From Candidatus Poriferisodalis sp. (GTDB taxonomy: Bacteria > Actinomycetota > Acidimicrobiia > Acidimicrobiales > Poriferisodalaceae), in the NCBI RefSeq assembly GCF_965208895.1, contig NZ_OZ242363.1, positions 1,307,105 through 1,371,104 on the forward strand: 64,000 nt of DNA, written 5' to 3'. A model generated the notes under the pieces. That model saw nothing but the letters and a program-made list of their open reading frames with translations, searched no databases and was not told the DNA's origin. Shown here piece after piece: positions 6,485 through 14,767 of the stretch (position 1 is the first letter of the stretch; each line of letters begins with the position of its first letter). Made by a program: the position numbers and the translations under genes.

Positions 6485-9410
6485 TCTCAGGTGTGCCGAC
6501 AGCGGCATCCGTCGCAGTCGCAGGAATGGGGGCGTATCCGAGAGCATCGGGCAGCGCTTCAAACAGCAGCACGTCTGGCTCAGTCGCCTCGGTGAGCGCG
6601 TCTCGTACAGCGAGCGCCCTATCGCTCAGGTGCGACGTGCAGCGAGTCCAGTTCTCGAGCCTGCGAGTTCGAGCCGCGAAGTGCCGGGTCACCGACAGCA
6701 CATTACCGACCCGGCGATTGCCGATGCCGGCGTCAATGCCAAAGCGTGCCCCAAGCGCATCGAGTGCGGCCTTGCGGGGGCCGGAGACGTTCGCAAAGTG
6801 CTTGACCTCGAAGTGCTCCGGATTGCGCACCATGCGTTCCGAGAGGTCAGCCGACAGGCCGAGCTGGAAGGTGCCGTGCTCGTAGATCGCCATGCGGTCG
6901 GCACGTGCGAGCAACGCGGCGGTGACGATCACGGGGATGACACCGGCCTTCACGCCATACGGAGGCGATGCCAAGGTCATGTACAGGTCTCGGACATTGA
7001 GGCGCTTGGTCTTCGCGGACTCAAATACCTGTTCGATCGCCTGCCATGCAGGGATGAGGCGCAACCGCTCGATTTGTCGGCTGCTTTGCGATGGCTTGCT
7101 GCCGCGGCGCACTCGCGGCTTGCCGAAGATGAGATCACCGCCGGCCTTCTTGGGGCGATGCAGTCCGGCATGTTTCAGCGCCGCCTCGTACATGGCGACC
7201 TCGGGTCCGTAACCCTTGAGGCCGAGCCGATACTCGGCGCTGCGCTCGATCATGGCTTCCAGCAAGATCCGACGGGCCTTGGCTCCTTGCGAAGTCAGAT
7301 CGGAGCGGTTCAGCATCTCGTTGGGTACACGCGGCGCATCTGGGTAGGCGAGATCTGCCGCTTCCGAGAGCGGCGCACTCCCCCGTCCTGGTCGCAGCAC
7401 AACCCCGGCGTCGTCATCGAGCAGCACCCATCGGCAACTGTCTGTGCTGAATGCTGAAGTCACCGCCGCTTCAAGCTGTACGCGCGCCGACGCCAGCCGC
7501 TCGCCCACTTCGCGTCGGGCGACCCAGTCAGTTTCCACCTGTGGAGCCGACAGAACGTCGCTCAACGCAGCCACGGCGCGCGCAGCGCTATCTAGCGCTG
7601 CAACATCTTCGGGCAGAGCCGCAACCACCGGTTTTGACTGCAGCCGACGCACCCGGTCCGAATCGTCCAGTGCACGGCCAGAACTGCGAAGCGCTTCCTC
7701 AGAGAGCCTCGGTAGTCCGTCGCCCGGATTCGCCACCAGCAGCAGCTCACCGTCAATCGGATCGAGCGGCGCCGGCGGCACGACGGTCTCGTCGCCGTTC
7801 ACGAAACGGCGGCTGAACAATCGCACCACGTCGTTCTGGGCGCTGTGTCGAGCAGCAACTACTGGCTCGAGCTCGTAGACGGCGCCGAGCACTCGGTGCA
7901 GCGGCCGATCAGTGGCTCGGTCGTATGCCGCTTCGAGCAGCTCGGAGATATTGACGTCGGATCCTTGCCAGATTCGGTATTCGTCGGCGAATGATCGGTA
8001 CGTCACCAAACCGCGCTGTTCAAGGCCGGCGAGCACATCCTTCGACCCAGAGTCGACGAGGTCGAGGACAGGAGCGCTGGCCCGCACTGCGCCAGAAGCG
8101 GAGACGAGGTTCAGTAGCGCCACTGTCTTGGCGACGCGTTGCTCCGCAGACGACATCCCGTTGGCATCTCGCAGCCGGCTTGCGATCTCGGTCCATCGGC
8201 TTGAGCGACCAACGGCGCTGACGCCGGCGCCGCCCGTGGCCATGAAGTAGTCGTAAACAGCTTCGGGGCCGATCGAAGGCACGTCGTCGGAGCAGTCGAC
8301 CTTGATGTCCGCTGCGAGCGAAGCCACTGTCCCTGACTCGCTGCCGGCCAAGAAGGAGAACAGCGTTCGCTCGTGCTGGCCGAATCGGTTGCACAGCTCG
8401 GGCAGAACAAGCGTCGAGACGGGGTGAAGCGGCCAGCACGCCGCGATCGTTCCTGGGTCACTGAGATCGGTGATGCCTGCCGACGCAAGCAACTTCGCAT
8501 GGTGCGTGGCCCACTTGTCGATGCGCTGGTGCAGCTGTTCGTCGCTGACTCGGAACGCCTGAGCTATCAGCGCTCGCGTCTGAGGGGCCGATTCGGTGAA
8601 CGCGATATCGACGAAGCGGCCTTGCACCTTCGCCCAGTCGCGACGCCGACGATCGTCGACATCGGCGAGGTATTCCTCGAACGACAAGTGCTGCAGGGTG
8701 ACCACGAAGATCGGCAGCCCGGCGCCCTGCCCGGCCTCGGCCAGCCGTTGCAGGAGATAGGTGTCGCTGGACTCGTTGCCGCCTGCGGCCTCGAGGTTCT
8801 TTCCGAACTCATCGATGACGATGAGCAGTGGGTCTTGCGAGGCCATGCAGCGCGCAATCTCTACGAGTTCGCTCACCGATGGGTCAACCGGGTCTTCGGT
8901 TCGCCTGACTCGCCGCTGCGCAAGCTTGAGCAAGGACGATGCCGGGAACTCGGCTGAACCTGGAACCTTGCCGTAGCGGCGCGTCACTGCTCGATGAAGA
9001 CCGCGCAGCACCGTTCGTGCAACTGGTTCACGATCGGCAGTGACCAGCGCTCGATAGAAGCCTCGCGAACGGCTGCGGTGCGCCGAAAGCGCCTGATTCA
9101 GCTTGTTCTTGGCCGTTGGCGATGCTTCTGCGATCTTGTCGAGCGCGCGATCTCGTGCGATACCCGCAGGTCCGAACGCCGCATCGAGCAGCAAACCCAG
9201 CGACGACTTGCCAGAGCCGTACGGTCCTGTGACCGACCACGCACCGCCAGCGGGCCCGAGCGCGGAAGACGCAATGCGTTCGACCACATCGAGCGCCCGC
9301 GCCGTCACTATGTAGCCGTCGAGCGGTTCGGCGTTCTCGGCGTCGCGTTCGAGGTTCGCCGATCGGGCGAACTGACGCCGGACGCTGAGCACGTCAGCCA
9401 GCACGGTCAC
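6465..9410 (-). CDS. sspC: Large P-loop ATPase, SspC-like (N-terminal 981 codons; ends in the poly-G tract)
   Basis: Walker A is ..VTGPYGSGKSSLG.. and Walker B is ..PLLIVIDEFGKNLE... It has a 4-nt overlap with the DUF4007 gene. The product ends ..PEMGGGGG-TAA inside the homopolymer. Confidence 0.7.
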   Translation of the reverse strand: MTVLADVLSVRRQFARSANLERDAENAEPLDGYIVTARALDVVERIASSALGPAGGAWSVTGPYGSGKSSLGLLLDAAFGPAGIARDRALDKIAEASPTAKNKLNQALSAHRSRSRGFYRALVTADREPVARTVLRGLHRAVTRRYGKVPGSAEFPASSLLKLAQRRVRRTEDPVDPSVSELVEIARCMASQDPLLIVIDEFGKNLEAAGGNESSDTYLLQRLAEAGQGAGLPIFVVTLQHLSFEEYLADVDDRRRRDWAKVQGRFVDIAFTESAPQTRALIAQAFRVSDEQLHQRIDKWATHHAKLLASAGITDLSDPGTIAACWPLHPVSTLVLPELCNRFGQHERTLFSFLAGSESGTVASLAADIKVDCSDDVPSIGPEAVYDYFMATGGAGVSAVGRSSRWTEIASRLRDANGMSSAEQRVAKTVALLNLVSASGAVRASAPVLDLVDSGSKDVLAGLEQRGLVTYRSFADEYRIWQGSDVNISELLEAAYDRATDRPLHRVLGAVYELEPVVAARHSAQNDVVRLFSRRFVNGDETVVPPAPLDPIDGELLLVANPGDGLPRLSEEALRSSGRALDDSDRVRRLQSKPVVAALPEDVAALDSAARAVAALSDVLSAPQVETDWVARREVGERLASARVQLEAAVTSAFSTDSCRWVLLDDDAGVVLRPGRGSAPLSEAADLAYPDAPRVPNEMLNRSDLTSQGAKARRILLEAMIERSAEYRLGLKGYGPEVAMYEAALKHAGLHRPKKAGGDLIFGKPRVRRGSKPSQSSRQIERLRLIPAWQAIEQVFESAKTKRLNVRDLYMTLASPPYGVKAGVIPVIVTAALLARADRMAIYEHGTFQLGLSADLSERMVRNPEHFEVKHFANVSGPRKAALDALGARFGIDAGIGNRRVGNVLSVTRHFAARTRRLENWTRCTSHLSDRALAVRDALTEATEPDVLLFEALPDALGYAPIPATATDAAVGTPEMGGGGG
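6468..6483. repeat. Homopolymer: 16 consecutive C (poly-G on the coding strand) at the sspC frame break
   Basis: Direct count in ..gcgatta-cccccccccccccccc-atctcag... Confidence 0.95.
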
Positions 9411-10483
9411 CGCCCCGGCCCCCCGTCGCGTCGCGCCTGCCGCACATGCAAACGAGTCAGAACATCTTCCGTTACGTCGTTGTCGCTCGGTTCGTCTGCG
9501 CGAACCGTCGGCTCGTCGCCCAGAGGCCCGGCAATTGGATCAGGGGGCACGACGCCGTAGTGCTCGGACAGCAGTTCGGCCGCAACCACAGCAGCGTCGC
9601 CCTTCCATGAGAGCTGGGGCACCCCTGTCGGTGTCGTGAAGTCCAACGAGTCCGCGACCTCGACTGCCGGGGTTAGAGCCGTGAACAAGTCGGCGGCATT
9701 CAACTTGAACACGCTCGCCGGCGAGCCGCTCTCCGCGACGATTCGTTCGAGTGTGATCGTCTGGCCCGTCAGGCCGGTGCGCGCGATCCAGTCCAGCACG
9801 GCGTGTGCCGCAACCGCAGATGCCAGTGTCGGCTTCAAACCCAGCTTGTAGCGGTGGGCGCCGGTCGCCTCGGACCGGCCGACCAGACGAAGTTCCCGCA
9901 GAGGGCAGTCTGCTGCATCGTCGACAGTCGCTCGGCTAGTACGAGACGTCGGGCCATACGTGCGCATGAAAGCGCTGAGGTCCTTCTCGACCGCGGACTG
10001 GCTCGGCTCCTTCCAGTCGGGCACCGAACGCAGTTGCGTCATCACGGACCTGCCGAGATCTTCCACCTCGAACTCCACCGCATTGAAGTCGCAGAGCGCC
10101 AACCACCACACTGGCAATCGGCACGGGCGAGCCAGCAGGCGCCAGTGCAGCAGCCACAGCGATGCCGGATCCTCCATCCACGGATCCCAGCCGTCTTCAC
10201 CAAACAGCGCTTCGCCAAAGCGAGTCGGCATCACGATGGTCGGCTTGCGACCCGACCGAGCGTCGGGATCAGGAACTTCGACAACCACCTTGGCCGCGAG
10301 CCCCCAGAAACGAATGGCGCGAACCATGTTCTTGCCCACGCCCAGGCGCACCGGAGCGTCCTCGCTCGCAAAGACACGCGGGTCAGCAGTAGCCGCTACA
10401 TACGCCTTCCTGAACCAGCCGTAGCGAGGATGGAATGTCTCATGGCGTGCGAATACCGGCTCCGCGGCCTCGCTCAGCTGCAC
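9407..10483 (-). CDS. sspB: DUF4007-family protein (SspB-like)
   Basis: ..ARHETFHPRYGWFRKAY.. and ..RLGVGKNMVRAIRFWGLA.. are the motifs I associate with DUF4007. The gene sits between the cysteine desulfurase and the ATPase. Confidence 0.75.
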   Translation of the reverse strand: MQLSEAAEPVFARHETFHPRYGWFRKAYVAATADPRVFASEDAPVRLGVGKNMVRAIRFWGLAAKVVVEVPDPDARSGRKPTIVMPTRFGEALFGEDGWDPWMEDPASLWLLHWRLLARPCRLPVWWLALCDFNAVEFEVEDLGRSVMTQLRSVPDWKEPSQSAVEKDLSAFMRTYGPTSRTSRATVDDAADCPLRELRLVGRSEATGAHRYKLGLKPTLASAVAAHAVLDWIARTGLTGQTITLERIVAESGSPASVFKLNAADLFTALTPAVEVADSLDFTTPTGVPQLSWKGDAAVVAAELLSEHYGVVPPDPIAGPLGDEPTVRADEPSDNDVTEDVLTRLHVRQARRDGGPGR

Positions 10484-10484
10484 G

Positions 10485-11663
10485 TCACGCTGCCTCTGTA
10501 GTCATGAGCCGAACGTAACGAACGGCTGTGACAACCTTCTCGGCGGCGGCGGCAATTTCGCTCGATGTGGTGAATCGTCCGACGCTGAACCGCACCGACT
10601 CGAACGCCGCTTCACGCGACAGCCCCATCGCCGTCAGTACCGGCGACGGTTCGATCGCACCGGTGCTGCAGGCGCTCCCCGCGGATGCTGCGACAGGGTC
10701 CATGTTCACGAGCACGGCATCCGAATCCGTTCCGGCGAAGCGGAGGTTGGCGGTATTGGGGAGCCGACGTTCGATGTCGCCGTTCTGTTCGACCGCAGGC
10801 AGAGCGTCGATCAGCGCATCAACGAATCGATCTCGCAACGCGCCGACTCGCTCGGCTTCCGTTTCCAGCTCATTGGCTGCAAGCTCCGCAGCGACTCCCA
10901 GGCCGACGATGCCCGCGACATTCAGCGAGCCCGAGCGAAGGCCGCGCTCATGGCCACCGCCCCACAGCATCGGGTGCAAAGCAGCGAGGGCTTCACGAGT
11001 CCCGACCAGGGCGCCCACGCCCGTCGGGCCGCAGATCTTGTGACCACTCAGCGAGACCAAGTCACAGCCGAGCGTCGTCATATCGAACGGCAGCCGACCA
11101 ACCATCTGGGTGGCATCGCAGTGGAACAGCGCCCCTGCCTGATGAACGATCTGGGCAATCTCCTCGATGGGATTGAGGACGCCCGTCTCGCTATTGGCAG
11201 CCATGACCGACACCATCACGGGGCGTCCCGTCTCTGCCAGCAAGTCAGCCAGCGCGTCGACGTCAACAAACCCGCCAGGCGTGACGGCGGCAGTGCGGCG
11301 CTTGCAACGACCGGTCGCGGCGAGAGCCTCTGCCGTTCGGCTGACAGATGCATGCTCCACCGCGGAGACCACCAGCATCGTTGTCGTATCCGGCTGAGAT
11401 CCGTGGCTCGCCGGGGCGAATCCGCCGAGAGCGAGGTTGTTGGCCTCCGTAGCGCCGGCGGTGAAGACGACCCCACCCGGTGCTCCGCCCACGAGAGCCG
11501 CCACCTGTTCACGGGCCTCACTGACCGCTGCGGCCTGCCGCTGGCCGAATCGATGGGCTGACGACGCATTGCCGAACCCGTCGGTCATGGCTTTCGTGAC
11601 AGCGTCCGCCACCCGCGGATCGCAAGGCGCGGAGGCGTTGTAGTCGAGATAGATCTCGTTCAC
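10485..11663 (-). CDS. sspA: Class-V aminotransferase-fold cysteine desulfurase (IscS/NifS/DndA-like; SspA by context)
   Basis: ..IYLDYNASAP.., ..SGHKICGPTGVGAL.. (PLP lysine region) and ..AASAGSACSTG.. (active-site Cys loop). It is the first gene of the operon. Confidence 0.8.
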   Translation of the reverse strand: MNEIYLDYNASAPCDPRVADAVTKAMTDGFGNASSAHRFGQRQAAAVSEAREQVAALVGGAPGGVVFTAGATEANNLALGGFAPASHGSQPDTTTMLVVSAVEHASVSRTAEALAATGRCKRRTAAVTPGGFVDVDALADLLAETGRPVMVSVMAANSETGVLNPIEEIAQIVHQAGALFHCDATQMVGRLPFDMTTLGCDLVSLSGHKICGPTGVGALVGTREALAALHPMLWGGGHERGLRSGSLNVAGIVGLGVAAELAANELETEAERVGALRDRFVDALIDALPAVEQNGDIERRLPNTANLRFAGTDSDAVLVNMDPVAASAGSACSTGAIEPSPVLTAMGLSREAAFESVRFSVGRFTTSSEIAAAAEKVVTAVRYVRLMTTEAA

Positions 11664-11682
11664 TCATGACCCCGGGTCGGTG

Positions 11683-11775
11683 GCAGCACTGGCCTTGCGG
11701 CGAGCGTAAGCGAAGCACCTCCGAGCACCGGGGACCCCACGAATTTCGCTGCAGCCGGAGCGAGGTGCCATCAGC
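11683..11775. repeat. Direct repeat copy 1 (core 11687-11744) flanking the DUF3800 cassette
   Basis: The core cactggccttgcggcgagcgtaagcgaagcacctccgagcaccggggaccccacgaat matches 12806-12863 at 55/58 positions. Weaker, gapped similarity continues for about 30 nt. Confidence 0.85.
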
Positions 11776-11851
11776 CCACATCGCAGCGGCGGATCCGGGC
11801 AGCGAGAAATTCTCAGCAGACCGCGAACGCCGGGCTCGTAGTGTCACGTCG

Positions 11852-12562
11852 ATGGCGACCCGACTGCTGTTCTTGGACGACTCGGGCAAGCCTGCGGCGA
11901 ACGACGGCACCATGGCGGTGGTCATCGGCGGTTTCTCGATCGCCGCCGAAGACGTCCCCGATCTCAGTCGGAGAATCGTGGGCGCCAAGGCGCGCTTCTA
12001 TCCAAATCGCGGGAACCCGACGGACTGGGAAGTCAAGTCCACAGACACGATCTCACCGAATGCATGGAGGCGCCGCAAGAACCGCGACTTCATTGACGAG
12101 CTGACCCGCATCCTCGAGCGACTGTCATGCACTTCGTACACCGCAGGCATCCGCAAGGCCAACATGCTGCATCCGATGACGCTCAAGACCACCGTCCCGT
12201 TGCAGCTTCAGGCCCTCGTCGAACACTTCGCCGTGGAGTGCAAGACGCAGCAGGCGACCGGAATCGTGGTGTCGGACTGGTCCAATCATCAACTCGACGA
12301 ACACGCCAGCCGAAGCGTCGCGAGCTATGCCGCGTCCTACCGGCTCAACATCCATCCCGGCGTCTACTACGCCAGCTCCCACACGACTCAAGCCATCCAA
12401 GCCGCCGACCTCATCGCAGGCATTCGACGCAGGGTGCTCGAAGGCGATCAGCGGTTGGCAGCAGTCGGTCGCCGACTCTCATCGCTGAGCGCCGTTGCCG
12501 ACGGAAACGCATATCGCACCCATGCGTGGCGCACATTCACGAACCAGATCCTCCTGTTCTGA
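11852..12562 (+). CDS. DUF3800-family protein
   Basis: ..MATRLLFLDDSGK.. at the N-terminus and ..SHTTQAIQAADLIAG.. near the C-terminus fit DUF3800. The start is trimmed to ATG 11852; the track ORF N-terminal extension covers the repeat. Confidence 0.65.
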   Translation: MATRLLFLDDSGKPAANDGTMAVVIGGFSIAAEDVPDLSRRIVGAKARFYPNRGNPTDWEVKSTDTISPNAWRRRKNRDFIDELTRILERLSCTSYTAGIRKANMLHPMTLKTTVPLQLQALVEHFAVECKTQQATGIVVSDWSNHQLDEHASRSVASYAASYRLNIHPGVYYASSHTTQAIQAADLIAGIRRRVLEGDQRLAAVGRRLSSLSAVADGNAYRTHAWRTFTNQILLF

Positions 12563-12668
12563 GGGTTGCGATCCGGTTGCATCTCTTCGTGCCCGCGCCT
12601 ACAGTGGGCTTCGTCGAATGGTCCGGTTAGTAGGCGCGAGCCGAATGCAACCGACATACCGCGGCGAC

Positions 12669-12698
12669 GGGACCCCGGACCGCACGGGGTCCCTTTTT
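12669..12698 (+). terminator. Rho-independent terminator-like hairpin
   Basis: gggaccccg-gaccgca-cggggtccc gives a 9-bp perfect stem, followed by ttttt. It lies about 105 nt downstream of the DUF3800 stop. Confidence 0.7.
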
Positions 12699-12801
12699 CT
12701 GTCCTGCGCCCAGTGATGCACCAACACTGAGTCGGGCATCACGCGAATAGCCCCGATTCTTCATGAGTCTGTGGGGCGGTGCGGTGTGGGTCCGCGGAAA
12801 A

Positions 12802-12890
12802 GCCCCACTGGCCTTGCGGCGAGCGTAAGCGAAGCACCTCCGAACACCAGGGACCCCATGAATGACTCGCCGCGGCCAGAGTGCATCACC
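12802..12890. repeat. Direct repeat copy 2 (core 12806-12863)
   Basis: See copy 1. The three core mismatches are g>a, g>a and c>t. Confidence 0.85.
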
Positions 12891-13080
12891 GTCGGCCCTC
12901 GAGACAGCTGCGGATCTCCGCAATGAATCGGGGGATGTCCTCGCTGATCCCCTGCCGAGAAGCAGCTACATCAGTCACGGCGCGATTGACTCGGCGCGCA
13001 CCGCCTCCCGAGATGACGGAAGCACGGGCTGGCGACACCAACGCCGCAATTCGCCGCGAGCGATGCGAGAGTAGGGGCAC
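12886..13080 (-). pseudogene. Short high-GC3 ORF (64 codons), possibly the 3' remnant of a gene that once preceded the repeat and sspA
   Basis: GC3 is 16/20 in 12901-12960 for this frame, against 10/20 in the other two. The tail ..AASRQGISEDIPRFIAEIRSCLEG.. loosely recalls class-V aminotransferase C-termini (..SLGRFTTEEEID..). Only 30 nt separate it from the divergent CMD gene. Confidence 0.25.
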
Positions 13081-13109
13081 TTACCGGCGAACGCTCAGGG
13101 GAGAACATC

Positions 13110-13688
13110 ATGCGGTTGGACGACATCACACCTGAAGACTTGACACCGGAGCAGGCAGCGGTGCTCGACGCCATTCGGGGCGGGCCTCGAGCGGCCTCGG
13201 GGCGGGGCCCGAAGTTGCAGGGCCTCGTCGGGCCCTACGGCGTATGGGTGCGGGCGCCAAGTGTGGGCATCGAAGCCCAAGCGTTGGGGGCCGCGGTGCG
13301 GTTCGCGTCGTCGCTGCCCGAGAGCGTCAAGGAGGCGGCCATCTGCACCGTGGGCGCCTTCCACGGGGCCAAGTTCGAATTCGCTGCGCATCGCATCCTC
13401 GGCCTCGAAGCCGGCCTTGACCCAGCCGACCTCGAAGCGCTGCGCGTCGGCGACGCGCCGAGCTTCACCGGCGACGAGGCCACCGCCCACGCCGTCGCCG
13501 CCGAACTTCTCCGCGAGCACCGTCTCAGCGACGCCACCTACGCCACCGCCACAGAAGCCTTCGGCGAAGCAGGCCTCGTCGAGCTCGTCACCACGGTGGG
13601 CTACTACTGCCTGATCTCCCACACGCTCAACGCATTCGAGATCCCCCTGCCCGCCGACTGGGACGACCCCTTCCCCGACCAAGCCTGA
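13110..13688 (+). CDS. Carboxymuconolactone decarboxylase (AhpD-like) family protein
   Basis: The 192-aa ORF has CMD-like helices (..AAICTVGAFHGAKFEFAAH.., ..ELVTTVGYYCLISHTLNAF..). A ggggag RBS precedes the ATG. Confidence 0.6.
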   Translation: MRLDDITPEDLTPEQAAVLDAIRGGPRAASGRGPKLQGLVGPYGVWVRAPSVGIEAQALGAAVRFASSLPESVKEAAICTVGAFHGAKFEFAAHRILGLEAGLDPADLEALRVGDAPSFTGDEATAHAVAAELLREHRLSDATYATATEAFGEAGLVELVTTVGYYCLISHTLNAFEIPLPADWDDPFPDQA

Positions 13689-13814
13689 CCAATCAGCACC
13701 GACCACTCCCTCGAATGAGGCGCGCCGCGAAGCTCCATGAGCCGGTCATGGGACTCGCTACACCCCCACCCCGAATAGTGCGGGAATAGTGGCGGAGCGC
13801 GGCTGCCGACACAC

Positions 13815-13894
13815 AAAACCGCAGGTCAGGGACGTGATACGAACATTTGTTGGTACCCCCTAAAGGTACCGGAATAGTGCGGGAACAGTGCGGG
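13815..13894 (+). repeat. ~80-nt intergenic repeat, unit A
   Basis: aaaaccgcaggtcagg..gaacatttgttggtaccccctaaaggtaccggaatagtgcgggaacagtgcggg. A partial tail copy lies at 13771-13795. Confidence 0.8.
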
Positions 13895-13952
13895 TGGTCG
13901 ATTGCGCGCATAAGTTCGGGGTGAGTCGGGACGCAAAGACCGGGGAGGGCAC

Positions 13953-14459
13953 GTGGGCGAGGCGACTGACGCGCAGGAACGAGAAGTCATGGACTGGCGG
14001 CGCTACGGCATGGCCGTGCGTGGGCTGGCGCAGATGATCGCCGATGACGGCTACCGGCCCCAGATGATCCTGGCCATTGCCCGGGGCGGGCTGTTCTGCG
14101 CGGGCTCGCTCGGCTACGCGTTGTCGGTCAAGAACATCTACGTCATGAACTGCGAGTACTACACCGGCGTCGACGAGCGGCTCCAGGTGCCGATCATGCT
14201 GCCGCCCACGCCCGACCTGGTCGACCACCGCGACTCCGACATCCTCATCGCCGACGACGTGGCCGACACCGGCCACACGCTCAAGCTGGTGTACGACTTC
14301 TGCCTGCCTCGGGTGCGCAGCGTGCGCACCGCTGTGCTGTACGAGAAGCCGTGGTCGACCGTCACCTGCGACTGGGTGTGGCAGCGCACCGACCTGTGGA
14401 TCAACTTCCCTTGGTCCACCGAGCCCCCCGTCGTCACCGACGAGCAAGCCCGCGCCTGA
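13953..14459 (+). CDS. Phosphoribosyltransferase (hypoxanthine/xanthine-guanine PRT-like)
   Basis: The PRPP-binding loop reads ..DSDILIADDVADTGHTLK... The size is 168 aa. Confidence 0.75.
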   Translation: MGEATDAQEREVMDWRRYGMAVRGLAQMIADDGYRPQMILAIARGGLFCAGSLGYALSVKNIYVMNCEYYTGVDERLQVPIMLPPTPDLVDHRDSDILIADDVADTGHTLKLVYDFCLPRVRSVRTAVLYEKPWSTVTCDWVWQRTDLWINFPWSTEPPVVTDEQARA

Positions 14460-14668
14460 AACGCTGCTGCTGACCCTGGAGCCGCGTTCGCACACGGGCC
14501 GTGAGCGTCTCATGCATGACCATGCAGCCGGCGTCCGCGATACGAACGATCGTGGAGGGCCCCACCCGGCCGCCGCTGGCCGCCTGCCCGACAAACGAGG
14601 ACGACCACTTCACCGATGAGACCCCCCGAATAGAACGCGAAGAGAACATGACGACTCGGCTCGTCACG

Positions 14669-14749
14669 AAAAACCGCAGGTCAGAGGCCCGAGACGAACA
14701 CTTGTAGGTACCCCCAAAGGAACCGGAATAGTGCAGGAATAGTGTCGGG
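14669..14749 (+). repeat. ~80-nt intergenic repeat, unit B
   Basis: aaaaaccgcaggtcagaggcccgagacgaacacttgtaggtacccccaaaggaaccggaatagtgcaggaatagtgtcggg. A partial tail copy lies at 14626-14647. Confidence 0.8.
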
Positions 14750-14767
14750 CACTTGCAACGCGACGCG

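Noticed and set aside
4974-9410. Alternative reading of the PAPS-reductase and big ATPase genes as BREX type 4 (BrxP/BrxC)
   Set aside because: The adjacent DUF4007 and cysteine desulfurase genes fit Ssp. No BrxA, BrxL, PglZ or other BREX markers occur in the window. This still needs profile-HMM confirmation.
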